NCBI GenBank assembly: GCA_964490075.1
Contig: CAZBBK010000062.1
Location: 1 to 37,432, forward strand
DNA: 37,432 nucleotides
Direction of reading: 5' to 3'
Source of the DNA: an uncultured Gemmatimonadota bacterium
Lineage (GTDB): Bacteria; GCA-2686955
The position numbers were made by a program, and so were the translations under genes. Shown here in pieces: positions 9,158 to 18,172 of this stretch (position 1 is the stretch's first letter; each line of letters starts with the position of its first letter). The notes below the pieces were generated by a model. It was not told the origin of the DNA, ran no database searches, and saw only the letters and a program-made list of their open reading frames with translations.

Positions 9158-9791
9158 GGATCTGGTCCCGGACCGCCGCGGCCCTCTCGTAGTCCTCGGC
9201 AGCGATGGCCGATTCCATCTCCCGCAGCAGCACATCCTCGCGCGATCCACGTTTCTTGCCGCTCGGCGACACCGAGGCCGTCAGCTCCTCCACGGCGCGC
9301 CGCACCTCTTCGGGGTCGGGGTGGATGGGATCGTCTTCCAGCTCTCTGGCCGGGAAGAGGATCGCATCGACCGCCGGGCGTTCCTGCTGCACTCCCGCCT
9401 GCTCCATCACCGTCTCGTCGACGAAGATCGCGGCGCCGGCCTTGAGCGCCAGCACGATGCTGTCGGAGGGCCGGGCGTCGATGACGTGCAGGTTCTTGTC
9501 GGCGGTGCGCAGCGAGAGCTCTGCGTAGAAGGTGTTGCCTTTCAACCTCACGATCGCGATCTGCTCCAGGTTGCTGTGGAAGGCCTTGGTGATGCTCATC
9601 AAGAGATCGTGGGAGAGCGGGCGTTGAAAGGGCTCGCCGGCCAGTTCCAGCCCGATCGCGTAAGCCTCGGCCGGGCCGACCACCATCGGCAGCACGCGTC
9701 CTTCGCCCCCCTCCTCGCGCAGAAAGACCGTGCGCCCCTCTTGCTGGGGCAGCTCGGCCAGTCCGATCACTTTGACTCTGATGAGCCCCAC
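9138..9791 (-). CDS. Bifunctional nuclease family (DUF151/BFN) protein with C-terminal UVR motif
   Basis: LPMVVGPAEAYAI, RPLSHDL, FYAEL, IDARPSDSIVLAL and the UVR motif AIAAEDYERAAAVRDQI. GTG 9791 has GGAG 7 nt upstream. Confidence 0.9.
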   Translation of the reverse strand: MGLIRVKVIGLAELPQQEGRTVFLREEGGEGRVLPMVVGPAEAYAIGLELAGEPFQRPLSHDLLMSITKAFHSNLEQIAIVRLKGNTFYAELSLRTADKNLHVIDARPSDSIVLALKAGAAIFVDETVMEQAGVQQERPAVDAILFPARELEDDPIHPDPEEVRRAVEELTASVSPSGKKRGSREDVLLREMESAIAAEDYERAAAVRDQIRALRTQ

Positions 9792-9871
9792 GACGGGTCT
9801 CCAGATAGGGCGAAGTGATTGCAGTGCAGAGAGTTGTCCGATGGATCGAAGCACTCCCATGGTTCATCTTC

Positions 9872-9900
9872 ATAGTAGAAAAGGGCGGCCCCCAAAGCAA
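9872..9900 (-). promoter_or_regulatory. Sigma70-type promoter for the BFN/signalling run
   Basis: Minus strand TTGCTT-N17-TACTAT in an AT-richer patch about 80 bp upstream of GTG 9791. Confidence 0.6.
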
Positions 9901-10175
9901 GTGGCGCGGTGCTCCCCCGTTCCCTCGGTCCCTGCGCAATATCACCCATTCCCATGGGGACTGAGGCGCAGTGCGGCGCCGCCGCCGGGAGCAGCGACCG
10001 GCAAAGGGCCCGCGCCCTTCGCCCGCCGGCGCGACAAGGTGATCGCTCCCAACACCCTGCGCCGCGCCGGGTGATTTGCCCAACTAACGGGCACATTCCA
10101 TGCTACAGTGCCCCCATCACACACCTCGACGAGCTCGGCCTCAGGGCGGTTGGCCGGCTCGCAAGGGGGGCATCC

Positions 10176-10325
10176 ATGACATACTGCGCATCGCGCTGGA
10201 CAATACTCGTGCTCTTGTGCGCGTTTACGCTGGGGATGGTCGCCGTGGCCGCCCACAGCGCTCCCTCCGATCCCCCCGCCGGCCCACTGACTCTCCTGTC
10301 CGAGAGCTCGACGCCGGGTCAATAG
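10176..10325 (+). CDS. Small (49 aa) hypothetical exported/membrane peptide
   Basis: AAGGGGGG RBS-like tract before ATG 10176. Sequence MTYCASRWTILVLLCAFTLGMVAVAAHSA... has a signal-like hydrophobic core. Extended -10-like TGCTACAGT at 10101-10109. Confidence 0.5.
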   Translation: MTYCASRWTILVLLCAFTLGMVAVAAHSAPSDPPAGPLTLLSESSTPGQ

Positions 10326-10396
10326 TCCCGCACCCGACTCCGCGGCACGTGGCGACGTCGTGCGCGCGGCCGGCTCATTGAGACCCTGACCGATCG

Positions 10397-10864
10397 ATGA
10401 CACCCGGTCCGATTCCCCCCAGCACGGGTGCACTGCGGCCGGGCGTCTGGCGTCGGCTTTTCCTCTGCGAAGGTCCGCTCGTCGTGCTGGTGCGCACGCC
10501 CGCGTTGCTCGAGTTGATTCGACGGCAGGTCGGTGCGGAACGTCGCCCGCGCGAGGCCGCCGGCCGGCGTGCAGCGGTCTGTATGGTCGAGATCCTCGAG
10601 TCCGACGACGCGCGGCGTCGCGCCGAGCTGCTGCGTGCCGCCCGCGATGCCGTCGAGCCCGGTCCTCGCGCCTGCATCTGGGCGTTGATCGCTTCCGGCG
10701 CGCCGCTTCTCTGGCGCCGCCTGCTCGACTCGGCCCACGAACTGGACCTGCAAGAGGACCGCCTGCACCCCTTCGCCCCCGCGACGGTCGCCTTCCGGCT
10801 CGGAATCGAAAGGTCGCGCCATGCTACCCTCGGGCTCCGAGGGACCGCTCAGGAGGACAGCTCG
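10397..10864 (+). other. Coding-like hypothetical region in frame with the downstream SRPBCC gene
   Basis: Open frame with GC-rich third positions and no stop before TTG 10865. No recognisable family. Confidence 0.35.
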
Positions 10865-11296
10865 TTGCCCAAAGTACAGACCACAGCACACTTCCGGGTC
10901 ACTCCGCGGCAGTTCTACGACCTGATCACCGATTTCGAGGCCCTGCCCGGGTCGATCACCGGCGTCGAGTCGGTGCAGGTCCTCGACGACACTCCCGATG
11001 CCTGGGTGGTCGAGCACTCGATCCGGGTGATCAAGCGCCTGAGCTACACCCTGGCCTTCAGCGGACGGCCGGGCGTCTCTCTCGAGTGGCGCCAGGTCGA
11101 GGGTCCCTTCAAGCACAACTCCGGCCGCTGGCTCTTGGAGAGCGATGGCGACGCGGGCACCAAAGCCCACTACGAGATGGACCTGGAGCTCGGGATCCTG
11201 GTCCCGAAGGCGATCGCCAAGGGGCTGATCGCCAACGACCTGCCGCGCCTCATGGAGGATTGGCGCCAGGCCGCGGCGCTCCGCTACGGCGGCTGA
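10865..11296 (+). CDS. SRPBCC/polyketide cyclase-dehydrase (Coq10/RatA-like) lipid-binding protein
   Basis: AGGAGG RBS before TTG 10865. Motifs FYDLITDFEALP...VESVQVL and WRQVEGPFKHNSGRWLL. Confidence 0.85.
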   Translation: MPKVQTTAHFRVTPRQFYDLITDFEALPGSITGVESVQVLDDTPDAWVVEHSIRVIKRLSYTLAFSGRPGVSLEWRQVEGPFKHNSGRWLLESDGDAGTKAHYEMDLELGILVPKAIAKGLIANDLPRLMEDWRQAAALRYGG

Positions 11297-11333
11297 GCTC
11301 CGCCGTCGCCGCCAGAGACCCAGTGCGAGCTGC

Positions 11334-12209
11334 GTGATGATGATCGAAAGCGACCTGAGATCCACCGATGGCACCGTGCTGCGCACCTACAGCGCGGGCA
11401 AGGGACCGGCGATCCTGATCGCCAACGGCCTGGGGGGCACGCCCGACGCCTGGCGGCTGGTGATCGATCGCTTCCGCGATCGATTCCGATTCCTCACCTG
11501 GGACTATCGCGGCCTCTACGGCTCCCGCCGCCCTTGCGATCTCGAGCATTTCCGCATCGCCGACCACCTGCGCGACGCGCTCTGCGTGCTGCGCCACCAC
11601 GGCGTGCGCAATGCCGTGGTGATGGGGTGGAGCATGGGCGTGCAGCTCTCGCTCGCCCTGGCGCAGGCCGAGCCGGAGCGGGTCAAGGCGCTGGTGCTCA
11701 TCAACGGCACCTTCGGCGCGCCCTTCAAGACCGGGCATATCGTCAGCACATTCGGCCACTTCGTTCCCGGCCTGCTGCGCGCCGGGCTGCCGCTGGCGCC
11801 CGTGGCCGGGCGTCTCATCTCCGCCCTCGCGGCCAACCCCTTCTTCCTGAAGCTGGGGATGAGCGCCGGTCTGGCCGGTCAGACCCTCGACCGCAGCGTC
11901 TTCATGGCCGTGAGCTCGCGCTGGGCCGACCTCGACTACGATGCTTTTTTTCGGATCCTGGCGGCCCTGGGGGAGCACGACGCCGGTCCCGGCCTCTCTC
12001 ACGTCGAGCAGCCGACCCTGATCATCCACGGCGACCGCGACCTGCTCACGCCTCACCACGTCACCGACACCATGCTGGAAGAGATGCCCCGCGCCGACCG
12101 TTTCACGCTGGAGGGGGGCACCCACTACTCCATCCTCGAGCAGCCCGATGTCGTCAACGAGCGTCTCGAGGAGTTCTTGCGACCTCATCTCCGGCGCAGC
12201 GCCGGCTGA
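11334..12209 (+). CDS. Alpha/beta fold hydrolase
   Basis: NGLGG, WDYRG, nucleophile elbow GWSMG, HGDRDLL (Asp) and GGTHY (His). Confidence 0.9.
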   Translation: MMMIESDLRSTDGTVLRTYSAGKGPAILIANGLGGTPDAWRLVIDRFRDRFRFLTWDYRGLYGSRRPCDLEHFRIADHLRDALCVLRHHGVRNAVVMGWSMGVQLSLALAQAEPERVKALVLINGTFGAPFKTGHIVSTFGHFVPGLLRAGLPLAPVAGRLISALAANPFFLKLGMSAGLAGQTLDRSVFMAVSSRWADLDYDAFFRILAALGEHDAGPGLSHVEQPTLIIHGDRDLLTPHHVTDTMLEEMPRADRFTLEGGTHYSILEQPDVVNERLEEFLRPHLRRSAG

Positions 12210-12247
12210 GTCCCCACTCCTGCAAACCTCCAAGGAGCCACCCCACC

Positions 12248-13468
12248 ATGCCATTCTTCACCGCGGACCAGCGCGACGCCCTGCAGCTCATGCGCGGCAA
12301 CGATGAGCTCTTCGCCGATCTGATCGAGTTCCTCTCCGGTCCTCTCAACGAGTTCATCGGCGCCCGCGTTGCCACGCGGGCCGCGCGCAACGATCGCGAC
12401 GAGATCTTCGATGCCGAGGCCTTCGCCGAGATCGGCGAGCTCGGCTACATGGCGCTGCCCTATCCCGAGGAGCTGGGCGGCAGCGGCGCCTGCTTCTCCT
12501 ACTACAACGCCGGCCTCGAGAGCCTGGCCAAGGCCGACGCCGGGTTTGCGCTGGCGGTGGCGATTCACGGCACCGCCACCGACGGCATCGCCCGCTTCGC
12601 CAGCGACGAGATCCGGCAGCGTTACGTGCCGGACCTGATCTCGGGTCGCAAAATCGGCGCTTTCGCCCTTTCCGAGGCGAACGCGGGATCGGACGCCCAG
12701 GCGTTGGCCTGCAAGTACCACCGCGATCCGAGCTCGGGCGACTACGTGTTGAACGGCACCAAGTACTGGATCACCAACGGGCTCTCCGCCGACCTCTTCT
12801 TCGTCCTGGCGCGGGGTCCCGAAGGGCAGATCTCGGCCTTCGCGGTGACCAACGAGGGCACCGGCTCGTTCACCAAGGCCAAGATCGCCGACAAGATGGG
12901 GGTGCGCGGCTCGAACACCGCCGAACTGGTGTTCGAGGACTACGTCGTGCCCGCAGGTCACCTGGTCGGCGAGGAGGGAAGCGGCTTCCGCTACGCGATG
13001 CACATGCTCAATGGCGGCCGGGTGACCATCGCCGGCTGGGCCACCGGAATCGCCCAGGGCGCCTACGAGAAGCTCCTGCAGTACTCCTCGGAGCGCGAGA
13101 TGTTCGGCCGCCGTCTCTTCGATCTCGACAACACCAAGAAGGAGCTCGCCGAAATGGCGATCGAGATCGACGCCTCGCGCCTCTTGGCCTACCGGGCCGC
13201 GTTGCACAAGGGCGAAGAACGAGACATCCGCATGAGTGCGGCCGTGGCGAAGGTCAAGGCTTCGGAGACCGCGGTCTACGTCGCCGAGCGTTCGATCGAG
13301 CTGGCGGGCGGCTACGGCTACGTGGCCGATTCGCGGATCGAGCGCCATCTGCGCGATGCGCTGCTGGCGCGCATCGGCGAAGGGGCCAACGAGGTCCTCA
13401 AGATCATGGTCATTCCGCGCGTGCTGGAGAAGCAGCTCTCCTCCGCGGCGCCCACCGAGCCCTGGTAA
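12248..13468 (+). CDS. Acyl-CoA dehydrogenase
   Basis: YPEELGG, GAFALSEANAGSD, LNGTKYWITNG, KMGVRGSNT, GGYGY and RIGEGANE. AAGGAG upstream of ATG 12248. Confidence 0.95.
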   Translation: MPFFTADQRDALQLMRGNDELFADLIEFLSGPLNEFIGARVATRAARNDRDEIFDAEAFAEIGELGYMALPYPEELGGSGACFSYYNAGLESLAKADAGFALAVAIHGTATDGIARFASDEIRQRYVPDLISGRKIGAFALSEANAGSDAQALACKYHRDPSSGDYVLNGTKYWITNGLSADLFFVLARGPEGQISAFAVTNEGTGSFTKAKIADKMGVRGSNTAELVFEDYVVPAGHLVGEEGSGFRYAMHMLNGGRVTIAGWATGIAQGAYEKLLQYSSEREMFGRRLFDLDNTKKELAEMAIEIDASRLLAYRAALHKGEERDIRMSAAVAKVKASETAVYVAERSIELAGGYGYVADSRIERHLRDALLARIGEGANEVLKIMVIPRVLEKQLSSAAPTEPW

Positions 13469-13492
13469 GGCCCGTCCGGACCCTTCGATTCG

Positions 13493-14791
13493 ATGGACAC
13501 GAGCCCTTTCGTCGAACGCCGCGCTCGCCTGGCCGAGGCCATGGGCGAACAGTCGGTCGCCGTCCTGCACGCGGCCCCGGTGCGCCCGCGCTCGGGCGAC
13601 ACCGAGCACAGCTACCGCCAGGATTCCGACTTCTATTACCTGACCGGCTTCGACGAGCCGGGCGCAGTCTGCGTCATCAGCCCCGGCCGGGAGCCCCTCT
13701 ACACGCTTTTCGTGCGCCCCAGCCATCGCCAGCGCGAGACCTGGGAAGGGCGCCGCGTGGGGGTCGAGGCGGCCTGTGGAGCGCTGGGCGCCGACGACGC
13801 ATTCGACATCGCCGAGCTCGACGCGAAGCTGCCGGAGCTGGTCGGCGGTGCCGAGCGGATCCTCACCAGTCTGGCTCCGGAGACCGACCATCGACTCGGC
13901 ACGCTGCTGCGCGGCGGTCGGGTGGCGCGCCGCAGGACGGGGCGCGGCCCCCACGCCGTCGAGGACATCGGCCACCTGCTCCATCCGATGCGGGTCATCA
14001 AGGACGAGAGCGAGATCGGGACTTTGCGGCGCGCCGCGCAGATCACCGCCGAAGCCCACCTCGCCGCGCTGCGCGCCTGCCGTACCGGCATCCTGGAACG
14101 GGAGCTACAGGCCGAGATCGAGTACACCTTCGTTCGGATGGGCGCTTCGGGGCCGGCCTACGGCACCACCGTGGCCAGCGGCGGCGCCGCCACTACGCTC
14201 CACTATGTCGAGAACGACGGCCGCATCGCCGCCGGCGACCTGGTGCTGGTGGACGCGGGGGCCGAGCTCAGCTGCTATGCCGCCGACGTCACCCGCACCT
14301 TTCCGGCCGGAGGCCGTTTCGACGCGACGCAACGCGCGGCCTACCAGGTCGTTCTGGAGGCGCAGCAGGCCGCGATCGAATGTTGTCGTCCCGGATCGAC
14401 CCTGGCGCAGGTGCACGGGGCGGCCTTGCGGCGCCTGGTGGAAGGCATGATCGAGTTGGATCTCTTGACCGGAGATGCCGATCGGATCATTGAGGTGGGG
14501 GACCACAAGCGCTTTTTCATGCACACGACGAGCCATTGGCTCGGACTCGATGTTCACGATGTCGGAGACTACAAGGTGGACGGCGAGTCGCGGGCTCTCG
14601 AGCCGGGCATGGTATTGACCGTGGAGCCCGGTCTCTATGTGCGAGACGACGAGGAGGACGTTCCGCAGGAGCTGCGCGGCACCGGGATCCGCATCGAGGA
14701 CGATCTGCTGATCACCGGGCAAGGTGCGGAGGTGCTCAGCGCCGGAGTGCCGAAGGAGATCGACGAGCTGGAATCGGTCCTGGAAGGCTGA
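13493..14791 (+). CDS. pepP: Xaa-Pro aminopeptidase (aminopeptidase P)
   Basis: YRQDSDFYYLTGFDEP, LVDAGAE...YAADVTRT, HWLGLDVHD, TVEPGLY and GIRIEDD. Confidence 0.95.
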   Translation: MDTSPFVERRARLAEAMGEQSVAVLHAAPVRPRSGDTEHSYRQDSDFYYLTGFDEPGAVCVISPGREPLYTLFVRPSHRQRETWEGRRVGVEAACGALGADDAFDIAELDAKLPELVGGAERILTSLAPETDHRLGTLLRGGRVARRRTGRGPHAVEDIGHLLHPMRVIKDESEIGTLRRAAQITAEAHLAALRACRTGILERELQAEIEYTFVRMGASGPAYGTTVASGGAATTLHYVENDGRIAAGDLVLVDAGAELSCYAADVTRTFPAGGRFDATQRAAYQVVLEAQQAAIECCRPGSTLAQVHGAALRRLVEGMIELDLLTGDADRIIEVGDHKRFFMHTTSHWLGLDVHDVGDYKVDGESRALEPGMVLTVEPGLYVRDDEEDVPQELRGTGIRIEDDLLITGQGAEVLSAGVPKEIDELESVLEG

Positions 14792-14796
14792 CACGG

Positions 14797-14826
14797 TGGA
14801 CGCGGTGCGAAAAACCGCATTAGAAT
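14797..14826 (+). promoter_or_regulatory. Putative sigma70 promoter of the beta-helix gene
   Basis: TAGAAT -10 at 14821-14826 with TGGACG 18 nt upstream. A short GCGGT/ACCGC inverted repeat lies in the spacer. Confidence 0.4.
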
Positions 14827-14872
14827 GATACGGGTGAGGGTGGCAGCCGTGGGGAGTCTCGGGGGAGCAGTC

Positions 14873-16369
14873 ATGACGAACGAACAGATGCCCAAAGTCG
14901 CTCGCCGCGCCGCCGCGGGGCTGCTCTTATGCGCCTCGGTGATGGTCTGTCCGCCGGCCGTCGCTCTGAACCTGGTGGGCGATCTGCTCCGAGTGCCTCT
15001 CGACTACCCGACCATCGGCGCCGCGATCGAAGCCGCCGAGTCCGGCGACGAAATTCGGGTCTCCTGGCAGGACGGCGGCTACAACGAGCGCCTCACGGTC
15101 AACTCGCGGCAGATCCGCTCTCTGAAAATCGTTGGCGAGCGCGATGCCGAGCGCCCCGTGATCACGGCCTCCGATTCGCTGCACGGGGTCATCGAGCTGA
15201 TCAACTACGCCAACCTTCCCTTCGAATTCGTGCTCGAGAACCTGGCGATCGACGGTGGGGAGGGTGCGCGATACGGCGTCAAACTCTTCAACTCGCGGGC
15301 GCCGAACCGCGACGAGGTCTACAACACCATCACCATCCGCGACTGCACGATCTCCCACGCCGGTTACGGCATCGAGATCGGCGAGCGCAGCGGCACCTAC
15401 GGCTGCACCGGCCAGTGGGGGGCGGCGGACCGGACCAAGCTCGGTCACGGCCGCTCCCAGATCGAGATCTCGGGCTGTGTCGTCTACGAAAACCTGCGAG
15501 ACGGCATGAACCTCTACCGAATCGGCGGCGAGCTGGTGAACTGCCTGGTGATCAACAACGGCGACGAGGGCTGCCACACCACCGACGCGCGCGACCTCCT
15601 GATTCGGCACAACGTCTTCGACATGAACCCCTCGAACAATCTGCACCTGCAGCTCTGCGATCGCGGAGTGGTGCGCAACAACCTCTTCGCGCGCTCGCAG
15701 CTCACCCCGCTGGGACGCTGGGGCTTCGGCGTGTTGGTCGGCGGTTCGTTCAGCGACGACCCGGCTCTGGTGGAGAACAACCTGATGATCTCCAATGCCG
15801 GCAGCGGGGTTCGGGTCCAGGCGACCGAAGTACGGATCGACTCCCTGACCTGCTACCCGGTCGCCGGCAAGGCGGAGATCCGCAACAACCTGATCTACGC
15901 CAACGGCTGGGCCTACTCCGATTCCGCCGGCATGAACTACCAGGTGCATCTCGAGCGCCGCGATCTGCCGGGAATGCGCATGCTCTGCGAGTACAACCTC
16001 TTCCGCCACTACACCCAGCTGGTCTGGGGGATCCCTCTCGACGACTCCAACCTGCGCGGGGCGGAGCCCGCGTACGTCGACGAGCCCGACACCACCGAGT
16101 ACCAGGACGTCAGCACGCTGGACGGTGCGTGGGAAGTGATCGACGGCTACGAGCTGCGCTGGGAATCTCCCGCGGTCGACGCCGGCGATCCCCTCTACGT
16201 CTACCGGGACTCGGGGGGGCTTTCGAAGGGGACCAGCCGCAACGACATGGGGCTCTTCGGCGGCCCCTGGGCGCGCTGGCCCTTCCTGCAGACCGGCGGG
16301 CACACCTGGAAGAGCGGTCTGGCGGAGCCGGCGGGCGAGGAGTCCGGACCGATCGCCGATCCGCGTTGA
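14873..16369 (+). CDS. Secreted right-handed parallel beta-helix (pectin lyase-like) protein
   Basis: Signal peptide, VPLDYPTIGAAI cap, repeated xxNN/NCL rungs and C-terminal SPAVDAGDP...RNDMGLFGGP. GGGGGAG before ATG 14873. Confidence 0.85.
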   Translation: MTNEQMPKVARRAAAGLLLCASVMVCPPAVALNLVGDLLRVPLDYPTIGAAIEAAESGDEIRVSWQDGGYNERLTVNSRQIRSLKIVGERDAERPVITASDSLHGVIELINYANLPFEFVLENLAIDGGEGARYGVKLFNSRAPNRDEVYNTITIRDCTISHAGYGIEIGERSGTYGCTGQWGAADRTKLGHGRSQIEISGCVVYENLRDGMNLYRIGGELVNCLVINNGDEGCHTTDARDLLIRHNVFDMNPSNNLHLQLCDRGVVRNNLFARSQLTPLGRWGFGVLVGGSFSDDPALVENNLMISNAGSGVRVQATEVRIDSLTCYPVAGKAEIRNNLIYANGWAYSDSAGMNYQVHLERRDLPGMRMLCEYNLFRHYTQLVWGIPLDDSNLRGAEPAYVDEPDTTEYQDVSTLDGAWEVIDGYELRWESPAVDAGDPLYVYRDSGGLSKGTSRNDMGLFGGPWARWPFLQTGGHTWKSGLAEPAGEESGPIADPR

Positions 16370-16375
16370 CCCGAC

Positions 16376-17068
16376 TCAGCGATCGATGAGCAGTGCGCCC
16401 AGCGCGTGCAGATCGGGCAGGCAGAGATCGACCTCGTGCTCGATCCGCCACGGGTCGCGGCCCAGCATCGAGGGGATCCCGACCGTGGTCACGCCGGCGG
16501 CCTTTCCGGCGCGCGCGTCGTTCAGCCCGTCGCCCACGAGGATCGCCTCTCCGGGTTCGCTGCGGCAGGCATCGAGCGCGGCGAGCACCAGGGCCGGGTC
16601 GGGTTTGCGGGTCGGCAAGGAGTCTCCGCCGAGCACTGCGGTGAAACGCTCGGCGACCCCGAGCGCCTCGAGGATTCGCCGCGCCGGGCGCTCCGGCTTG
16701 TTGGTGACCAGACCCACGCGCACCGAGCTCGGCAGATCCGCCAGGAGCTCGGCGGCGCCCGGAAGCAAGGTGGTGGAATCGGTCAGATGGGCGTTGTAGT
16801 GGTCGCGGAAGATCGGCAGCGCCGCCCGGGCGGCCCCGGCATCCGGTGCGCTCCAGGGATCCGCGCCCCGCGCCGCGGCGATCGAACGCGCCAGCAGAGA
16901 GACCACGCCGTCGCCGATGTAGCGCGCCACGTCGTCGCGCTCGCGGGGCGGCAGCCGCAGATCGGCCAGGGTCAGATTGACGCCGCATGCCAGATCGTCG
17001 ACCGAGTCGATCAGGGTGCCGTCGAGATCGAAGAGCAGCGCCGCCAGGGGGTTTGGGATCGACTTCAT
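16376..17068 (-). CDS. gph: HAD-family phosphatase, phosphoglycolate phosphatase-like
   Basis: FDLDGTLIDS, VTNKP, KPDP and VGDGLND. Confidence 0.85.
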   Translation of the reverse strand: MKSIPNPLAALLFDLDGTLIDSVDDLACGVNLTLADLRLPPRERDDVARYIGDGVVSLLARSIAAARGADPWSAPDAGAARAALPIFRDHYNAHLTDSTTLLPGAAELLADLPSSVRVGLVTNKPERPARRILEALGVAERFTAVLGGDSLPTRKPDPALVLAALDACRSEPGEAILVGDGLNDARAGKAAGVTTVGIPSMLGRDPWRIEHEVDLCLPDLHALGALLIDR

Positions 17069-17088
17069 GAAAGGGGGGGAGCGAGGTT

Positions 17089-17718
17089 GTGATGACTGGC
17101 CCGAGAGTATGGCAAATCGTGCTGGCGGCCGGGGGCTCGAAGCGGATGGGCGAGTCCAAGGCGCTGATTTCGGTGGGCGAACGCCCGGCCCTGGAGGTGG
17201 TGGTGCGGGCGGCGCTCGCGGGCGGCTGTTGCGGCGCGCTCGCGGTGGTCCGGACGCAGGATCGCGACCCGGCGAGCGCCGTGCTCCGGGGGCTCCCTCT
17301 CGCAAGTGTCGTTCTCAATCCCGATCCGGATGCGGGGCGCAGCGGCTCGCTGCAAATCGCCCTGGCCGCACTTCCGGCCACCGCGGACGCGGCCCTGGTC
17401 CACCCGGTCGATCATCCTCTGGTGTCCAGCGGCACGATCCGCGCGCTGCTGGAGAGGGCGGCCGAAGAGCGTGATCGCGAATCCGCCGGCCGGCCTCTGC
17501 TCTTCGAGCCCTTCGCCGATGCGCGTCCCGGGCACCCGCTGCTCTTCGACCGGGGAGCCTTCACCGAGCTGGCCGCGCTCGATCCGGCCGCCCCGCTGCG
17601 CGACCTGGTGCGCGACCTGCGCGCCGCCGGGCTGGCGCGGCGGGTGGCGGTGGATGACCGGGGAATCCTGGCCAACATCGACAGCGCCGATGATCGTCGC
17701 CGCTGGGGACTCGAGTAG
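17089..17718 (+). CDS. MobA/MocA-like nucleotidyltransferase (NTP_transf_3)
   Basis: IVLAAGGSKRMG..KAL, PVDHPLV, GHPLLF and NIDSADD. Confidence 0.85.
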   Translation: MMTGPRVWQIVLAAGGSKRMGESKALISVGERPALEVVVRAALAGGCCGALAVVRTQDRDPASAVLRGLPLASVVLNPDPDAGRSGSLQIALAALPATADAALVHPVDHPLVSSGTIRALLERAAEERDRESAGRPLLFEPFADARPGHPLLFDRGAFTELAALDPAAPLRDLVRDLRAAGLARRVAVDDRGILANIDSADDRRRWGLE

Positions 17719-17769
17719 CGATCCCCCGCGGAGCGCGGCCGCGCCGGCGTATGCTTGCGGCGAGGAACC

Positions 17770-17976
17770 ATGATCGAGCTGGCCCTTCTCCTGATCCTGA
17801 TCTACGCGGCGGCACGTTTCTATCGCGGGCTCCGGCACGGCGGACGCGGACCGGAGAAGTGCGAGGGATGCCGCCACAACCTGCGCTCCGACGACGACGG
17901 CACGCTCTGCGGGTTGGGCGGCACGCGGCTCTTCAAGACCCGGATTCAGGTCTCCTGGTGCCAGAACCGCGAGTAG
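17770..17976 (+). CDS. Small single-TM protein with four cysteines (68 aa)
   Basis: GAGGA RBS before ATG 17770, N-terminal TM helix, then C-x2-C-x12-C-x16-C. Confidence 0.7.
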   Translation: MIELALLLILIYAAARFYRGLRHGGRGPEKCEGCRHNLRSDDDGTLCGLGGTRLFKTRIQVSWCQNRE

Positions 17977-18172
17977 AGCTGAAGGTCTGCTCGCCGAGCA
18001 GCGCACCCGGCTCCTCGATGGTCGCCGGCCCGTGCCATCGCTTGGCTCCATTCGTGGCCCCACCGGGCCCATGATAGTCTGGCCGTCGATCCATACGGTC
18101 CGTGCGCAGGCGCGGCGATTCCGTCCCATTCTGTGCTCCATGTCCATCACCACCCGAGAACCGACACCGACC

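Noticed and set aside
9905..10075. GC-rich hairpins in the divergent intergenic region as a riboswitch or ncRNA
   Set aside because: I recognise no Rfam-type consensus, and such pairing is expected at this GC content. An Infernal search would be needed.
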